From: Podarcis erhardii
Lineage: Eukaryota
Direction: 5' to 3' (one strand)
Assembly (NCBI GenBank): GCA_964252035.1
Contig: OZ176209.1
DNA: 64,000 nt
The position numbers and the translations under genes are program-made. Of the stretch, positions 23,531 to 37,313 are shown piece after piece; within the stretch, counting starts at the first letter, position 1; each line of letters begins with the position of its first letter. The notes beneath the pieces are model-generated. The model was not told where the DNA came from. It saw nothing but the letters and a program-made list of their open reading frames with translations, and ran no database searches.

Positions 23531-24929
23531 CTGGGTGTGGCCAGAACACAGAAATTAAGAAAAAATAATAATAAAACCAAAAATAAACAAAAATAAACAA
23601 AAACCAAAGAAAACTAAACGGAGCCCCTTGAAACTCATGCATTGTTAACCCTTTTTTATTATGTTTAGAACATTCACCTCAGAAGCAGCATCTTTATCTT
23701 ATGGTGTTGGGACGGATTTTCCATAATTTCATTTTTAAAATATATCTATATATACACAGACACACTTTAAAGACTCAGTCAACAGCCAGAAGCCTGGATA
23801 AATAGTCAAAAAGATTCCAGGCATTAGGGTTACTTGCTTCCAAAACTTATATGCATCTTTAGCCATCCTTGATAATCCATCTGAGATGAGTGATTGGCAT
23901 GAAGTTCCAGGTGTCTGAGGGGAAGAAAAAGGAACCCTGCCGCCATTTAAAAGTAAGGATCCTACTTTCCAAGATCTGCAGTTTAAAGACTGGAACTCCC
24001 ATCTAATACTGCATTGCACTGATTGAATTACGTGCTGCTGTAAAGCTATTTCATTAGAGTGGTCGAAATAATTCTGAAACACACTGGGTCTTGACAGAGT
24101 TGCTTCAGCTTAAAGCAAGACAACATGTGAATACCACAAAGTCAAAGAAAAGTGCTTCTGCTAATGCAGACCTAACATTAGCAGAATATAAAAACACAAA
24201 TGAAATCTGCAAGTGAGGGAAGCAGAACTTCACCGTATTTATTTCCAAGGGCATAATCTGTTGCAGCAAAATCCATAGTTTCTTGTAGCACCGTAAAGAC
24301 TAACACATTTTTAATGTTATAAGCCAGGAGTCACCAACCTTTTTGGAAGAGTGGGCACATTTTGAATTTGGGGAGTACTGAGCTCCCCAGTCAAAAAATG
24401 GCTGCCAAGGGGGCATGCCACAGCACAAAATAAGGAAAACTCCCCACCCCTGACAAAAGAAGTCAGCTATGCCCTGACTGTGGAGCTCACACACACTCAC
24501 AAGGGTGTTGCTGTCTAATAACAACAGGGATCATTCCTTAGTACCAGGAAAATGTACAAGATGGCCACATCACGCACATTCTCTTCTCACAGAAATCGCT
24601 TAGGAGGTGCCTGCACATTTATTTATTTTTACTTCTTTAGAAACTTTATTTCTAGGAGGACTAGACACTTCTTTTTAAATACAAGTTCAGAGATTGGGTA
24701 ACCTGCCCAAGGGCATCAATGAAAGCCCTCAAGGGCACCATGGTTGATGGAAGTTTCAATCTCTTTTTAATCCATTGTTATTTTAACTTTTTGAAAGTTT
24801 TAAACTATGGTTGTTCATTTTTCTTATTGATAATGCTATTGTTTTAGCTTTTCTTCTAAGCCGCTTTGAGTGTTTATTTTTAGAGTCAAGCAGTATATAA
24901 ATTTTATGAAACAAGGGGAATAAATAAAC

Positions 24930-25690
24930 CCCCGCTATAAGATTTCATGGACTACGGTCCATTTCATCAGATGCAAAAAGCTTTATCCTGATTTACAGGT
25001 AACACATACCAATTGTGGAAGGTGGAACTGTTAAACAGTGAGGTCGGGTGGAGATTAAGTGCAGAACAGTTCTGGCTGAGATGATTACGTTAACAACAGT
25101 AGTTCGTTCAAAGAAAGCAGTTGTTAACTTCACTGTTTACAATTTCACCACCGCTATTTCTGTGGGGGGGAGAGGGGGGGTCAGAGAGAGATTGTCATGG
25201 ACTAGCTGGATGCAGAGGTGTGGTGGTGGTGGGAGGCACCAACTGGGGAACCCCAAATGGAAGAAGGTTCAGAACCAGGAGATTGGTGGTGGGACAACAA
25301 TGACTGGTCAGAGGAAGAAGAGGTATGAAGAGGGTGGAGCAAAGTCAGACAAGGAGTCAGAGTCTCTGACTGCTTGGGAAGGACCCAGGGGAAAAGAAGA
25401 CAGAGAGGTGTGGGAAGGTGGGGACCTTCAGTCCTTGCAACTGCCTCATTGGGGCAAGATCTATTGAGAAGGGTTACTGTACTCACTAGGCCTGAATTGT
25501 TTTGTTTCTTGGAATAAACAGTTAACTTCACTGGCACCTTGTGAGTTACTGCTGACCTGCTCTTGACTCCTGCCTTGACAGAGAGAAACACTTATGCCAC
25601 AATAATTTTATAGCCTTTAAGGTGTTACAAGACTCTTTGTTTTTATTATCTCTATTTCAGGGGTAATATTGACTAAACTAGCATGCAGCT
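24930..25690 (+). mobile_element. Penelope-like remnants flanking an unclassified LTR-like insert (about 25040-25582)
   Basis: atttcatcagatgca and ctttaaggtgttacaagactc motifs flank a segment ending ...ccttgaca that contains gttaacttcactg twice. Confidence 0.35.
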
Positions 25691-28600
25691 TAGATGTATG
25701 ATGAGGGAAGATTATCACTGTTGCCTATTGAATTTGTCAGTCATTTTATCTTGCCTAGGGCAACCCAAAGTAATTTACAACGAAACAAGTTCTGTTATTG
25801 AGCCAACCCAATTAAAAACCCCTGAGCTGAACAGTGCAAGATCACTTGTTTCCCTGTACTAGATACTTTCCATAAGTAAAGAGACATACAACATATCTGT
25901 TGTATCTTTAATTTTTTTATAAAATGACTTGAGCGTAAGCATGCCTATGCCCCACATGCTATACTGCCTGATTACACCAAATTATCAGTAATTAAGGTAA
26001 ACTGTTCTGTCATTTGATGCATGCAACAAGCTGCAGGAAGGCAACCATGTAATTCTCAGGCATAGTTAGAAACCAAATAACATGGAAACAGCAACCATGG
26101 CACAGCAGTTTTTATGAAGCCACAGCCTTTACTGAGCAAGGCTAAGCCATCGGCACATAATGCATCCCTACTAGTCATTCTCTGGTCATGAAATACACAT
26201 GGACCAATCTGAATATTCAGAACAGTAATCTAGCAGGGCCATATATCTTGCACTTATATATTTTTGGTTTGGTCCAATATACATACCGTAGGGTTCTGTC
26301 ATGTGTACAGATCCTAAACAAAGGTTGAACCTAGGATTCTCAAGCTACTATTTTAAGTAGTGCTAACAGTGTCTTGCCAGTCTCTCATGCACTTTTTGTA
26401 CAACATGTAGCACTAGAAAGGATTCCCCAAAGACAAATAATTATTGTTCATTTATAATTACCAGGGGGAGATTCAATTACCTGACCCTGCCAACTTACAT
26501 CTTCACTGGACCAGGGTACAGAATATCAACACACTTTTCCTTTCCAATTAAATATGGGGGGATGCTTTAATTGTTGTACTGACTTGAGTAGGTTCATTAT
26601 CACAAAGTTTGAGTGTTCTAGATCTAAAGAAATTTGGATTTTTCAAAACCTAGAGTAAACTGGGGGAAATCAAACTTATTCTCATGGAAACCAAAATATT
26701 CATTTGGGAGGAGAAATTAAGTGTTTTCACTGGCAAACTGGAACAAACCAGCATTTAAGACACAATGGCTATGATTTCTGGTAGGCACATTACAGGGGGA
26801 GTGCAACAAGCGCAATGAAAATTACTAAAACTATGAGGCACATTTGGCTGAAAACAAAGGAAACTCTTATTTCAATTGTTCAAAAGGTTTCTTTCTTAGA
26901 GATCTTTCAATAATCTCCTCCTTAATTGTGCATATTGTATAATTCAAATGTTTGGTGCTCCTGTGAAGAATCAATGTTTATACAGTAAAAGTGTGCATAA
27001 CTATAGGCTCTCTCCAGTGAGAGCCAGTTTTTAATAAGATTTAACACATGCATGAAACCTTCTCTTAGCATGTCAGCTTAACAAGAGAAAGAAAAGCTAT
27101 CATCTCATCTCGGATGGACCAATGGGTAAGATGCATTTTTATTTTTTCAGAAACTTCCCAAAATTTCACAACACTGGAACAATTCTGGCAGAGGACCTTT
27201 GCCACAGTTATGAAGGGATAAAGATATGCTCAGCCCATAGAGGACCTTCCCAATTACTGGATGGGGGCACACCTAGGGCGATTTGGATTTTACATATTCA
27301 CCTTTTTAACATTCATTTATCAAATACATATTCAAAAATATACCCTTTAGACACCCAGGGGAGGGAGGGATAATATTGAGAACACAGCACAATGCAGGCA
27401 GCAGGAGCATCTGCTTTCCGATTCCCAAGAGAGAGGAGGAGAGAGGTTCCATATCGTTAGGTTAGAACAGAAACCACAGGGTAGGAGAAAGGCATTCAAG
27501 TTTTGGCATACTTTTTGCAGAAGAAAGGGGAGTGACAAGTGAAAGGGCTCTAGAAATATTTGTGTTCCACCACTGGGGATTCTAAGCTACTGTTGTTTGT
27601 TTTTTAAAAAAGAAGGGCAAATCCCAGGCATCCCAATTCAATATTCCATGATATAACCAACAAACATTCTTTGAGAGCTTCCTGAGTCTCACTGAAGCTA
27701 TTCACCATCTTTGAGAGAACAGGCCCCAGCTTGGACCCAACTGATAAAAGACTGTTGTGAATTCGACAGGCAGGTGTTAGAAACTCTAGCACCAAATATA
27801 GGAGAAATTAGTTGGGCTAAATATTGCCTGGATGAAAGAAAAAGGGGCAAATACCCAGAAGTTAATTCATAACTAACAGCTCTTGTTTTAACTGAAAACC
27901 AGAAGTCTTGGGCTTTCTTGGCTGCACTGTTAAATAGTCATAATTAGAATTCTGTGATTTATAGAAGATTCTGAACATAAGAACAGAGACTGTCATGTAA
28001 GTTTATATAAGATGAGTATGATTATCACATGTGTTTATAAAATTAAAGCATAGTGTCACATGAAGGCCTTGATAAGTGCATTGTTCTTTCTGACATGGTT
28101 GCCGCTTTTGCATCCTTTAGGCATTTTAAAGAGACTGTATATGGGAGTCAGTTTCCCCAAGGCTGACAATAATAACTAAAGCACCACTAATTCATAAACA
28201 ATTTTGGCCTATGCTAACTTCAGAGAGGAGAGAAATATATTTAGAGATGCAACCACAGCAGATTGAACATTCTCTATTAAGAGTTGCAATGGGAAGGTGC
28301 TTATTTTGCAGGAGGCTGCATTACACAAATGAAATGCCTATGGTTCTCTTTGCAGCTTGTTAACTCTTCTCAATAGTCAAGTGGCCTATGGCTAATGAAG
28401 GGCAGTAGCCAAGCACTGCATCCCTTCCAGTTCTGAGATCAGGCAAACACGTGAAATAGGTAAAGGAATAAAGGGCTCTAGGCAGCCCACTATAGTTCTG
28501 CATCTCTCCACAAGTTCAACACATGTTGTGCTGCATTTATGTTATCCTAAACTTTCATAAACTGAGCTCAAAGATCATTTGCCATGAAGGGTTTAAATTC

Positions 28601-29690
28601 TGTTTACAGAATTTACCGAAGGTACGCAGAATATTATAGTGGTTAATATTTAAAAATAATCCCTTTTCTGGTTTTCAGATAACACATAGAAATGAATTTC
28701 AACATGCAAATTTGAACCCAAATATAAAAATCTAAGTGGGGCTCTACTATACTGGGCCATGTTTTTTTTTAATATAAAAAAATACTAGGCGGTACACCTT
28801 TGAACTGTCATGTGATGGGGTGGGGAGATGGGACAGATGTTCATTTTTAATTAAAAGTGGAAAACTTAGCATTGATTAAGTCAAGCAGAGTATAGACATG
28901 CACTGTGCAAGCTTCCCCCACAGAGCTCTGCCAATGCACCTTGCTCCTGACCTGCAACACTCCCTGCTATTCCAGTGCTGGACCTACTGGGCAGAGAGAG
29001 AATCACATCAATTCTTCAGTGAGGGGACAATGGTTTCATGACGAGAACCAGTTAGGACAAGTATCACTCAAAATTGCTGCACTTGTGACCATAATGTTTG
29101 CAATTTGTTCTCTAGATAGTTCAATTAGTAGTAAGCCTGAAAAACTATCATTCAGATGCATCTTGAATAGCTACGCAAGTAGCTGTTCCAGAAAATTAGA
29201 AGCTTATACAGATACCGTAATTTGCTAAAAGCCAACATTTTTTCAATGTTGAAGGGTCCATTATGCTAGCAGAGTGGGTGGAAATTTTTCTTTCACACAA
29301 GATAGCCTGTGAAAGCTCTTATCCCATATAATTTATTCATAGATTATTATTTTTAAATGGACAGAAGCCATCTGTCCCAAACACCAGGAACTTTGAGAAA
29401 TCAAAGGAAAATCTGACTCTGATAGCTTTAGTAAACCCTTTATTGCTAGAAATTTTGGGTGCCTGATCTTTCTGAAGGAATATTTTGAAAGGATTTGGGA
29501 AGAAATATATTGGCTACACTCAAAATCTGCAATTATAAGGAATGGCAATTTTTAGGCGGTTACATGACGACCAGTTCCTGTTCTGCATTATTCTCTATGC
29601 AGGAAGCTGTCCTATCTTGTCAACTTCGGGCAGGGGCGGTAGGGGAGAGGGGAGAGAAAGAGAGAAACTGGGTATAGAAACAAAACTTAC

Positions 29691-29744
29691 CTTGGAGCCA
29701 CGTTCATTAAAGATTATCTCTACATCAAGGATTTTGCCAAATTG
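29691..29744 (-). CDS. RBFOX2: RBFOX2 coding exon, 54 nt (QFGKILDVEIIFNERGSK), RRM
   Basis: Acceptor ctgtctttacag|CAA and donor TCCAAG|gtaagt. Matches the Fox RRM sequence. Confidence 0.98.
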
Positions 29745-31094
29745 CTGTAAAGACAGAAGAGAAGATTTACCCCTTGTCAGCTACTGCATTTATCCTCCTT
29801 TCTAAGAAAATCTTCATTTCACTAGCAAACTTTCCTTTCATAATATGCAGTTAAGAATGCTCAGTTGTTGAATTTCTTCTGGTTGTCAGCTTTTATTTAA
29901 ACCCTATTCAGGAACCACCCAGAAGCATGTTGGCAAGAAGGGGGGGGGGGGAGAGGACAGAGATACATGACCATACCATCCTAGGGTCTTTCGTGAGGAA
30001 GGGCAGACTATAAATTAATTGGATGGATGGATAAATGCTGTCTCCATCGCCAGCCAGATCGCCTTTCACTGTGAGGAAAAGCTTATAGGAGTTTCTAAGC
30101 ACATTCAGCTAAATGCACATGATCAGTAACACTGCATTATCGGGGTTCCCAATCGAGAGGAGGATTCCAGGCTTATTCACTTGAACACACTAAGAATTAG
30201 ATCTCTCCTTTCAACACAGGAAAGGTGTGAAGCAGGGCACAGGTGGGTAAGGTGTGGGTGGGGGCTGCTGGTTCACTCTGCCCCCTCCTCACTTTTAAGC
30301 CCACATACTTTGAGGCAAAAGCTTGAGTAGGACTTTAGCTGAAGCTGCTGACTACTTAATATGCCCTGAGTTAGTTGCAAGAGCAGAGATCTATAAAAGC
30401 AATCTCAATTCACATTCCAGGTTAAGATATTGCAGAGCCAGGTTCAGTTTGTCACTGCAAAACCAGCGAGTGTTCCGGTAAATTAAAGATGAATGGATTT
30501 ATTGTGGCATAAGTTTTTGTGGACTAGAGTGCAACAGGCAACAAAGCACTGTGGTGTGGAGTGCTCTTATTCCAGTCACTCTAGCCCTCACCCTCCATGA
30601 TACTCCATTGCATTCTGCCACCCACAGGTTTTCTGTTTTTCCGCCCCAGCAGTTAGTCAGCAAGCCAGGGTCACAGAGCATGCTCGGTCCTCATTATGCT
30701 GTTTTGGAATCTGCCCCCCCCCCCCAGCTTTATGGATATTTTACTCAGATATATATTTTTTGGCGGGGCGAGGCGGGAGGGGGGTACTCCTGCAAACCTT
30801 ACAGTTCCCAGAGTCAACTGATACTGGCTTCTTCCACATGGGTGGTACTGCTTTAACATGCGCAGAGAACAAGTGGAGGCATGCAACACCACATGGGTGG
30901 GGATGTTTCGGAGCTTTTGCTTCTGGGGCAAGAGAGTGAAGGAACAGGTGGCTGCTGTTGGGTGGTGAGAGTGTGAGGGGACCTAGGTCTCTCTTCCTGC
31001 ATCCTCCTTTTCCAGCTACTCCACTCCAGAAATTTTAGGCTGGCTCATCAGTTCTAGGAAAACTGGTGGAAAGCACTGTTAGAGACAGAACTAC

Positions 31095-31450
31095 AATGCG
31101 TATAGAAGGACAAGTCTCCAGGGCTCTTCTCTGAAGGAGGCTTGGAGGATGATGTCAAGAAAGAGGGCCTTTTTAATTGTGGTTCTCTTTGTCTGTGGAA
31201 TGCTCTCCTAATGAATTCTGATTGGCACCTTTGCTGATATCTTTGCAGTGATAGCTAAAAACTTACCTTTCCCCTCAGGCTTTCTGATAAACTAAGATGA
31301 TGGTGGGTTTTTTGCTGTCAAAGCTTCCTGTGGCTATTACGGAGAATATTGTTTTGAATTTTTTTATGAATCGTGTGTGCGTTTTTTAAATGAATGTATT
31401 GATAGTATAAAGTAGTTATGTTTACATTAAGTATGTTGCAGCTTGCCTGG
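31095..31450 (+). mobile_element. Degraded L2 3' fragment
   Basis: agagggcctttt...tgtggaatgctctccct motif followed by an AT-rich 3' UTR. Confidence 0.55.
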
Positions 31451-31663
31451 AGACCTTATGACAGGGTTCACCAAACTTTATGGACCAGGACACATTTTGG
31501 ATTTTGAAAGAGCGCTGTGAGCATGTCACAAACTGGCTGCCACAGCAGGCATGACGTAACATAAAACTAGAGAGACAATCACCCTTGGCTTCCTTATGCT
31601 TACCATGGGAAGTCAGCTATGTCCTGCTAGTCTATCAACTCCCTTCCATCTAACACACTGACA

Positions 31664-31816
31664 TGTAGCTCAGTGGCAGAACACCTACTTGGCAGGCTTT
31701 GGTTTAATCCCTGGCATCTCCATACAGGGCTGGGAATGTCTCTGGCCTGAAACCCTGAAATAGGCAGTGCGCATACCCAATGGCATGACTCCCTATAAGG
31801 CAGTTTCCTATGTGCC
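31664..31816 (+). mobile_element. Squam2-type tRNA-derived SINE, degraded
   Basis: tgtagctcagtggcagaacacc...aatccctggcatctcc...agggctgggaa...cctgaaaccctg...tataaggcagtttcctatg. Confidence 0.75.
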
Positions 31817-33227
31817 TATACCCTTAGGCTTTGTATGGGTTTTTCAGAGCCAACCCAATTCCATTAGCTTTATGTTTTCCTCAGGCTTCTCCCCCGTTCC
31901 TTTCCCTCAGTTTTTTCATTTCTGTTCTGTTCCATGCTTTGCACCATTTCTTCAGTCACCCTGCTCCTTTTTCCTCTTCCTTTTAGCTTCCCTACCTCAT
32001 GGGACCTCTTTCCTGTGAGCTTTCCAGCCTCCTTATTTGCCTTTCTCTAGCTTAATTCTTTCTCTAGCTTTAATTCAACTTAAGTTGAATCCCACCACTA
32101 ACAAGTTCCCTCAGCTGAAGGAGTGTTGATGAACTTTCTAATCATCACATTAAGCTGAACCAATGGAGGCCAGATGCTTCATTTGCCCTGTAGTAACCCA
32201 CACAGTAATGCACTAAGAAACTCTCAGTGCATTACAGTATGGGTTACTACAGGGCAAATGAATGCTATGGTAGTAGCCCCCCTGGCATTCATAAGTTCTT
32301 GCACTACTTCCAGATGCTGGTGTGTCTCTGCCATTTTTAAATTGCTTCTCCATTAAACTCAACCCTATGTGCTATTTCTTGTACTCAAAGACGCCACACT
32401 TCCTATACTCCCCCTTAAACCCCCAACAGGCATTAAAAACAGGGTCGTCCTAATAAAAAATGCTTTCTTTAACATATGTAAGGACACTGCAGATATAGCT
32501 CCATCCTGACAGTGCAATTCTATAGATGTCTACTCAGAAGTAAATCCCACTGAGTAATTGTAGGCCTCGTTTCTTATCCAAAGGGGATATGAGCATATGG
32601 TGCTTCATTAAGCATAATGATTTCAGAACTGACTGACTCAAAATGTATGAGTCATAGCCACACACAAAAATTAAAATAAAAAGAGGTCACCGTTGCCTGT
32701 CTTATAAGCTTTATATCTCTCTCCACCCCCAAACTCCCTGTCCATCTGAATGTAACTATTACCGGCTTGTTGTCAACTCTTCTAAATTTTACAGTAAACA
32801 ACATGACTTTCCCTAGAGGCATTGAACTAACTAGGCCAGCAGTATTCACTGTTTGGACAGTGCTGAATTAGACATTGAACTCATACAGTAAGAAAGTAGT
32901 AGCTAGATAGTTCAGTCCCCTGATCCCCCCATGGGGGGGGGTGTCCCTATGCCTTTAATACTATCTGGCAAGGGCTAGTTGCTGTCTTGCCAGCTTAAAG
33001 CAGGACCCCAACAGCCCCATAAAGTGGGTTTAATGTGTTGTCCTTAGAGCTGGGACCTATGTTTCGAAGGAGACCATTCAGCTGCAATTTGGCAACAACA
33101 AAAACAAAAGAAATTTACCCATTCATCACTTCAGCAATTCAATAATAATTACAATGGAGCAAATTTTGAATGCAACTATTTTCAGCTCCACATCTGAATC
33201 ATTATAATCTTCAGATTAATAAGTGCA

Positions 33228-33275
33228 CTCCTTAGATGGCCCTGGTGGTCCCTTCCAACTCGACAATTCTCTGAT
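33228..33275 (+). mobile_element. CR1 LINE 3' terminal fragment
   Basis: tagatggccctggtggtcccttccaactcgacaattctctgattct. Confidence 0.7.
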
Positions 33276-33904
33276 TCTCTCATTCATTTGAGGCAGAGTA
33301 TACTGTTTCCTCTACAATAGACCAGTCCACACAGGAAGTTTTACAAATAACTGAGATGACACACAGCCTGTAAATACTGAAGTAGTCTCAAGTGTGTGAA
33401 AACAGCTTACAATTCTTGCTAGCTTCAAGTCAAATAAATGGTATATTTCCAAAGGTAAGGTAAGAAAGTCGTAGAAAGGATCCTAGCTTGTTTTATTAGA
33501 CACTGGGTTGTATTTTCACACAGCTTTCTCAAAAACAAATCTTGTCTGTATATCTTGTCAACAAACATCATTAAGCCTTAGGGCTCTGAACACCTGAGAC
33601 CAGAATTTTAAGTGCATGCTAGGGTGGATTACATTAAATCAGGGCAATTAAGTCAATGATTTAAATACATAAGAGTGCAGAAGTCAGATTTAAATGACTG
33701 AATTGAATCAATTTACCAATTTTTAAATTCATATATTTCTTGAACAAGCATATATACTAATTGGTTCATATATTGACTGAACGTATCAGCTTGCAAATAA
33801 ATATAAATTTTACACTACCTAGGATAAGCATATTCCCAAACCTTTGGTCATGCAACCCACATTTTGTGCTACAGAATTTATAAATGCCAACAGACAGATG
33901 AATA

Positions 33905-34472
33905 CAGTGGTACCTTGGGTTAAGTACTTACAGTGGTGCCTCGCAAGACGAAAATAATCCGTTCCGCGAGTCTCTTCGTCTAGCGGTTTTTTCGTCTTGC
34001 GAAGCATCCCTATTAGCGGCTTAGCGCTATTAGCGGCTATTAGCGGCTTAGTGGCTATTAGCGGCTTAGCGGCTATTAGAGGCTTAGAAAAAGGGGGGAA
34101 AGGGAAAAAAACTTGCAAGACTCGCAAGATGTTTTCGTCTTGCGAAGCAAGCCCATAGGGAAATTCGTCTTTCGAAGCGCCTCGAAAAACGGAAAACCCT
34201 TTCGTCTAGCGGGTTTTTTGTCTTGCGAGGCATTCGTCTTGCGGGGCACCACTGTAATTCGTTCCGGAGGTCTGTTCTTAACCTGAAACTGTTCTTAACC
34301 TGAAGCACCACTTTAGCTAATGGGGCCTCCTGCTGCTGCCGCGCTGCCAGAGCATGATTTCTGTTCTCATCCTGAAGCAAAGTTTTTAACCTGAGGTACT
34401 ATTTCTGGGTTAGCGGAGTCTGTAACCTGAAGCATATGTAACCTGAAGCGTATGTAACCCGAGGTACCACTA
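33905..34472. mobile_element. Tc1/mariner MITE, outer element (cagtggtacc...ttaacctga family)
   Basis: TIRs cagtggtaccttggg / cccgaggtaccacta with TA flanks. Confidence 0.85.
33931..34254. mobile_element. Nested Tc1/mariner MITE, same family as 20352-20651 in opposite orientation
   Basis: TIRs cagtggtgcc / ggcaccactg, TA duplication at 33929-30 and 34255-56, internal ttagcggc sub-repeats. Confidence 0.9.
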
Positions 34473-37313
34473 TACATGTGAAATCAAGTGTTTCTGTTTG
34501 ACTCCGTGCATATGCAAAGATACTAAGCAACAGAACTTATCTGAAATAATACCCTAAATTTTCCAAAAACAAGGACTGATACTTAATGGGTAGAACAGTG
34601 TTGCTTCATGCAATGAATAATAAATTTGCAAGCAATTTGATCAAGAGTCTAAATAAAATAGTCATAGTTTGCATAATAATAATAATAATAAAAATAATAA
34701 TATTTACTTTGCCTTTAAAAAAATCAAAACTCAGGTATTATTGCTCCCGGGTAATTGTTTTAAATAAAAAAGCAAGCATTAATGTGATGCTTGCATTTCT
34801 TTTCAGTAAGGCTTTCAACCTGAAGTTTTAGATATTGTGGCTGCCTTTAGTGAGTGGGATGTGTTAAGACGGCCTTTTTGTATGTGAATGTTTTTAGCTT
34901 TCATTTTGTTTTAGTTTTTTATTTGTTTTAATGTTTGTACTGTTGATTTGATTTACTTTTCATAAAAAGTGACTAATAAGTTCAATAAACAATGAAGTTG
35001 ATGGTGATGATTACTTGTTTGACAGTTACCTCCTGCTCTTTCAAGAACAATTTGACTCTATCTAGAACAACAATTCCTGAACACAAGAACCACTCACCAA
35101 CACTGCCTCCATCTTACAATGGTTTATTCTATTAGCCCTCATTGAACTCAATCCTGCCTCCAGGCTTTGATCCGGCATTTGATTCAAACAGTATGGAGCA
35201 TACTGATGACACTGTGCTCCAAATCCTTAGATGGCCACTTTCAACAGCTTCATATACAGATGTTAACCTCAACGGGAGACAAGAGGGAACCCTGCAGGAC
35301 CTCACAGCTCAAGAGCCAAAGACTGAGCAGAAGTCCCCTTATGCCATTCCCTTGTAGCATCCCTGCAGGTATGAGGGGAACCACTGTAACACTGTACCTC
35401 TGGCTCCCAAGCCACAAAGCAGCTCCTGGAAGATACCAACAATCAAGAGTACCAAATAGTCTGTACTGATGATGGTGAGAACTCCCTGCAAAGGTGAGGG
35501 CCCAGCTAGAATGGCTCCACAGTTATGGAATTAAGGGATTCTTAAATGCTCTAGGGGATTTTCCAGTCAACATGGCTGGTGCTCCCATCAAGGCCCTAGT
35601 TTCAGTATGCAATAGCAAGATAGAAAGGACCATATAATTCCTAGGTGTGCTTTTCAGCATTGTAGAGACTAACTGACCCCTTGCTTTTCTGAGGAGCTTT
35701 GCTCAATGAAACAAGCCCAATGATAACTAGAGTATAGGTAGTGTGCAAGTCCCATAGTCAATTCGACTGAACACAGGTGGGAGCACATAATTGTGGCTAC
35801 TGTGTGCACACAGTGGCAAAGAAGTCCTCCTTTACCACAACTAATTGTGACTTCTGGCCTACAGTCAGGAACATCTGAGACTTTGGAAATCAGCTGTGGA
35901 AAATTTGCAGAGCACTTTGAGATCAGCCATCATTGTCAGTCCTGATGGTCTTTTTTACATTGCATGACAACGTAAGTTGATGCTTTATGCTCCAGGGCAA
36001 AGCTGACCTCCAGGCTGTTGCTGGATCCTTCAGGGACTTTTTCACTCCTCCCACGTAATAATATTCTCTCATGGCCCATTTTCCTGCTAACTACGCAGTT
36101 TCTCTCTGTTCATGTATTTTTGGAAAATTCACTTGAGGCAAAGGCCTTAAGTCTTTCATAGATGACATTGAAACAATCGAACCTGACACTGGGAAAGGCT
36201 GGGCGGCGGGATATTGCAGAAGCTGCAATCATAGGTCCCCTACAGGATAAAGGGCTCGTTTAATATGATTCACCCAAGGGAAAGCTCTCTTACTGCAGTA
36301 ATAATAAGAACACCACAACTAGGGTTAATATTTCACTGTCCCATTTTATAGTTCCAGACTGATTTTATGTTGTTTGGAAATGCTGTACGAGCAGGAAATC
36401 AGAACTGAATTTCTGATTGCTTCCCTGCTCCAAGTGTAGAGCCTACCCCAAGCTTCAAAATGGCACATGCTCACGCATGTGTGCCTAAGAAGTAAAAAAA
36501 GCAGTTTTAACAGGCTCTATCCCTGTGGCTAAAGTCAGAGCCAGGAAAACCAAAGCTTCCAATTAAGTAAAAGGAAAGATGAAACCCACAGGCACCACAG
36601 TTCATGTGCACTTCCCCTTTTACTTTTATGCCACTGGAATAACCTTCCAGACAAAACATTTACCCTAAGTAGAATGACGGTAAATGGTAACCAGTAATTT
36701 GGTGGAGACGGGAATTGCAAAACATTTTTCTAGTCTAATGTAATCTGGAATTGCTCGGGAGTTGGTTTAGGACTTTCCTCCCACCTGTGAATGCTAAAGG
36801 TAATGTGCTACCTTAAGGCTCCATGAAACATGCACATATTTATCAGAAGAATTTCATGTGATGGCTAGGATAGACAGAGAATATTAAATTAATGAATTTC
36901 ATTCCCTCTCTTTACCAATATACGATCACTGTTTTCAGCCTGAGAGGGAGTAAGGATGCACTGGGACTCATCCTTAAGCTACAACCGATAGGCACAAAGA
37001 AATCCCAGAGGTATCACTACTGCTTAAAAAAAAAAAAAAAAAAAAGCACGGTCTTGTCCTTGAGCCCTGACCAATTAGGTGAACAGGGAACTGGGAGGCA
37101 ATTAAGACAAACTGTAAGGGTGCCACATACCCAATGTGATGGATGGGGGAATAAGTAACTTTGTCAGGCCAAGAGTGAAATGTCTCCCCAACATTACTGC
37201 ATTAACCCCCCCCCAAACCTCAAACCTATGTCCCCTGGTATCAAAAATTTGGAAAACGTGGCAGATAATTTTTGCTTTCTGAATTCTGGGGAATTTAAAA
37301 GATTGTCTACATT

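Noticed and set aside
24231-24310. Apparent exon with donor ACG|gtgaag
   Set aside because: The sequence (ttagtctttacggtgctacaag...ttgctgcaacaga) matches a Penelope-like repeat end also seen near 25610-25640.
34012-34086. Regular ttagcggc / tattagcggc array, superficially CRISPR-like
   Set aside because: It is an internal sub-repeat of a MITE in a vertebrate genome, with no unique spacers and no cas genes.
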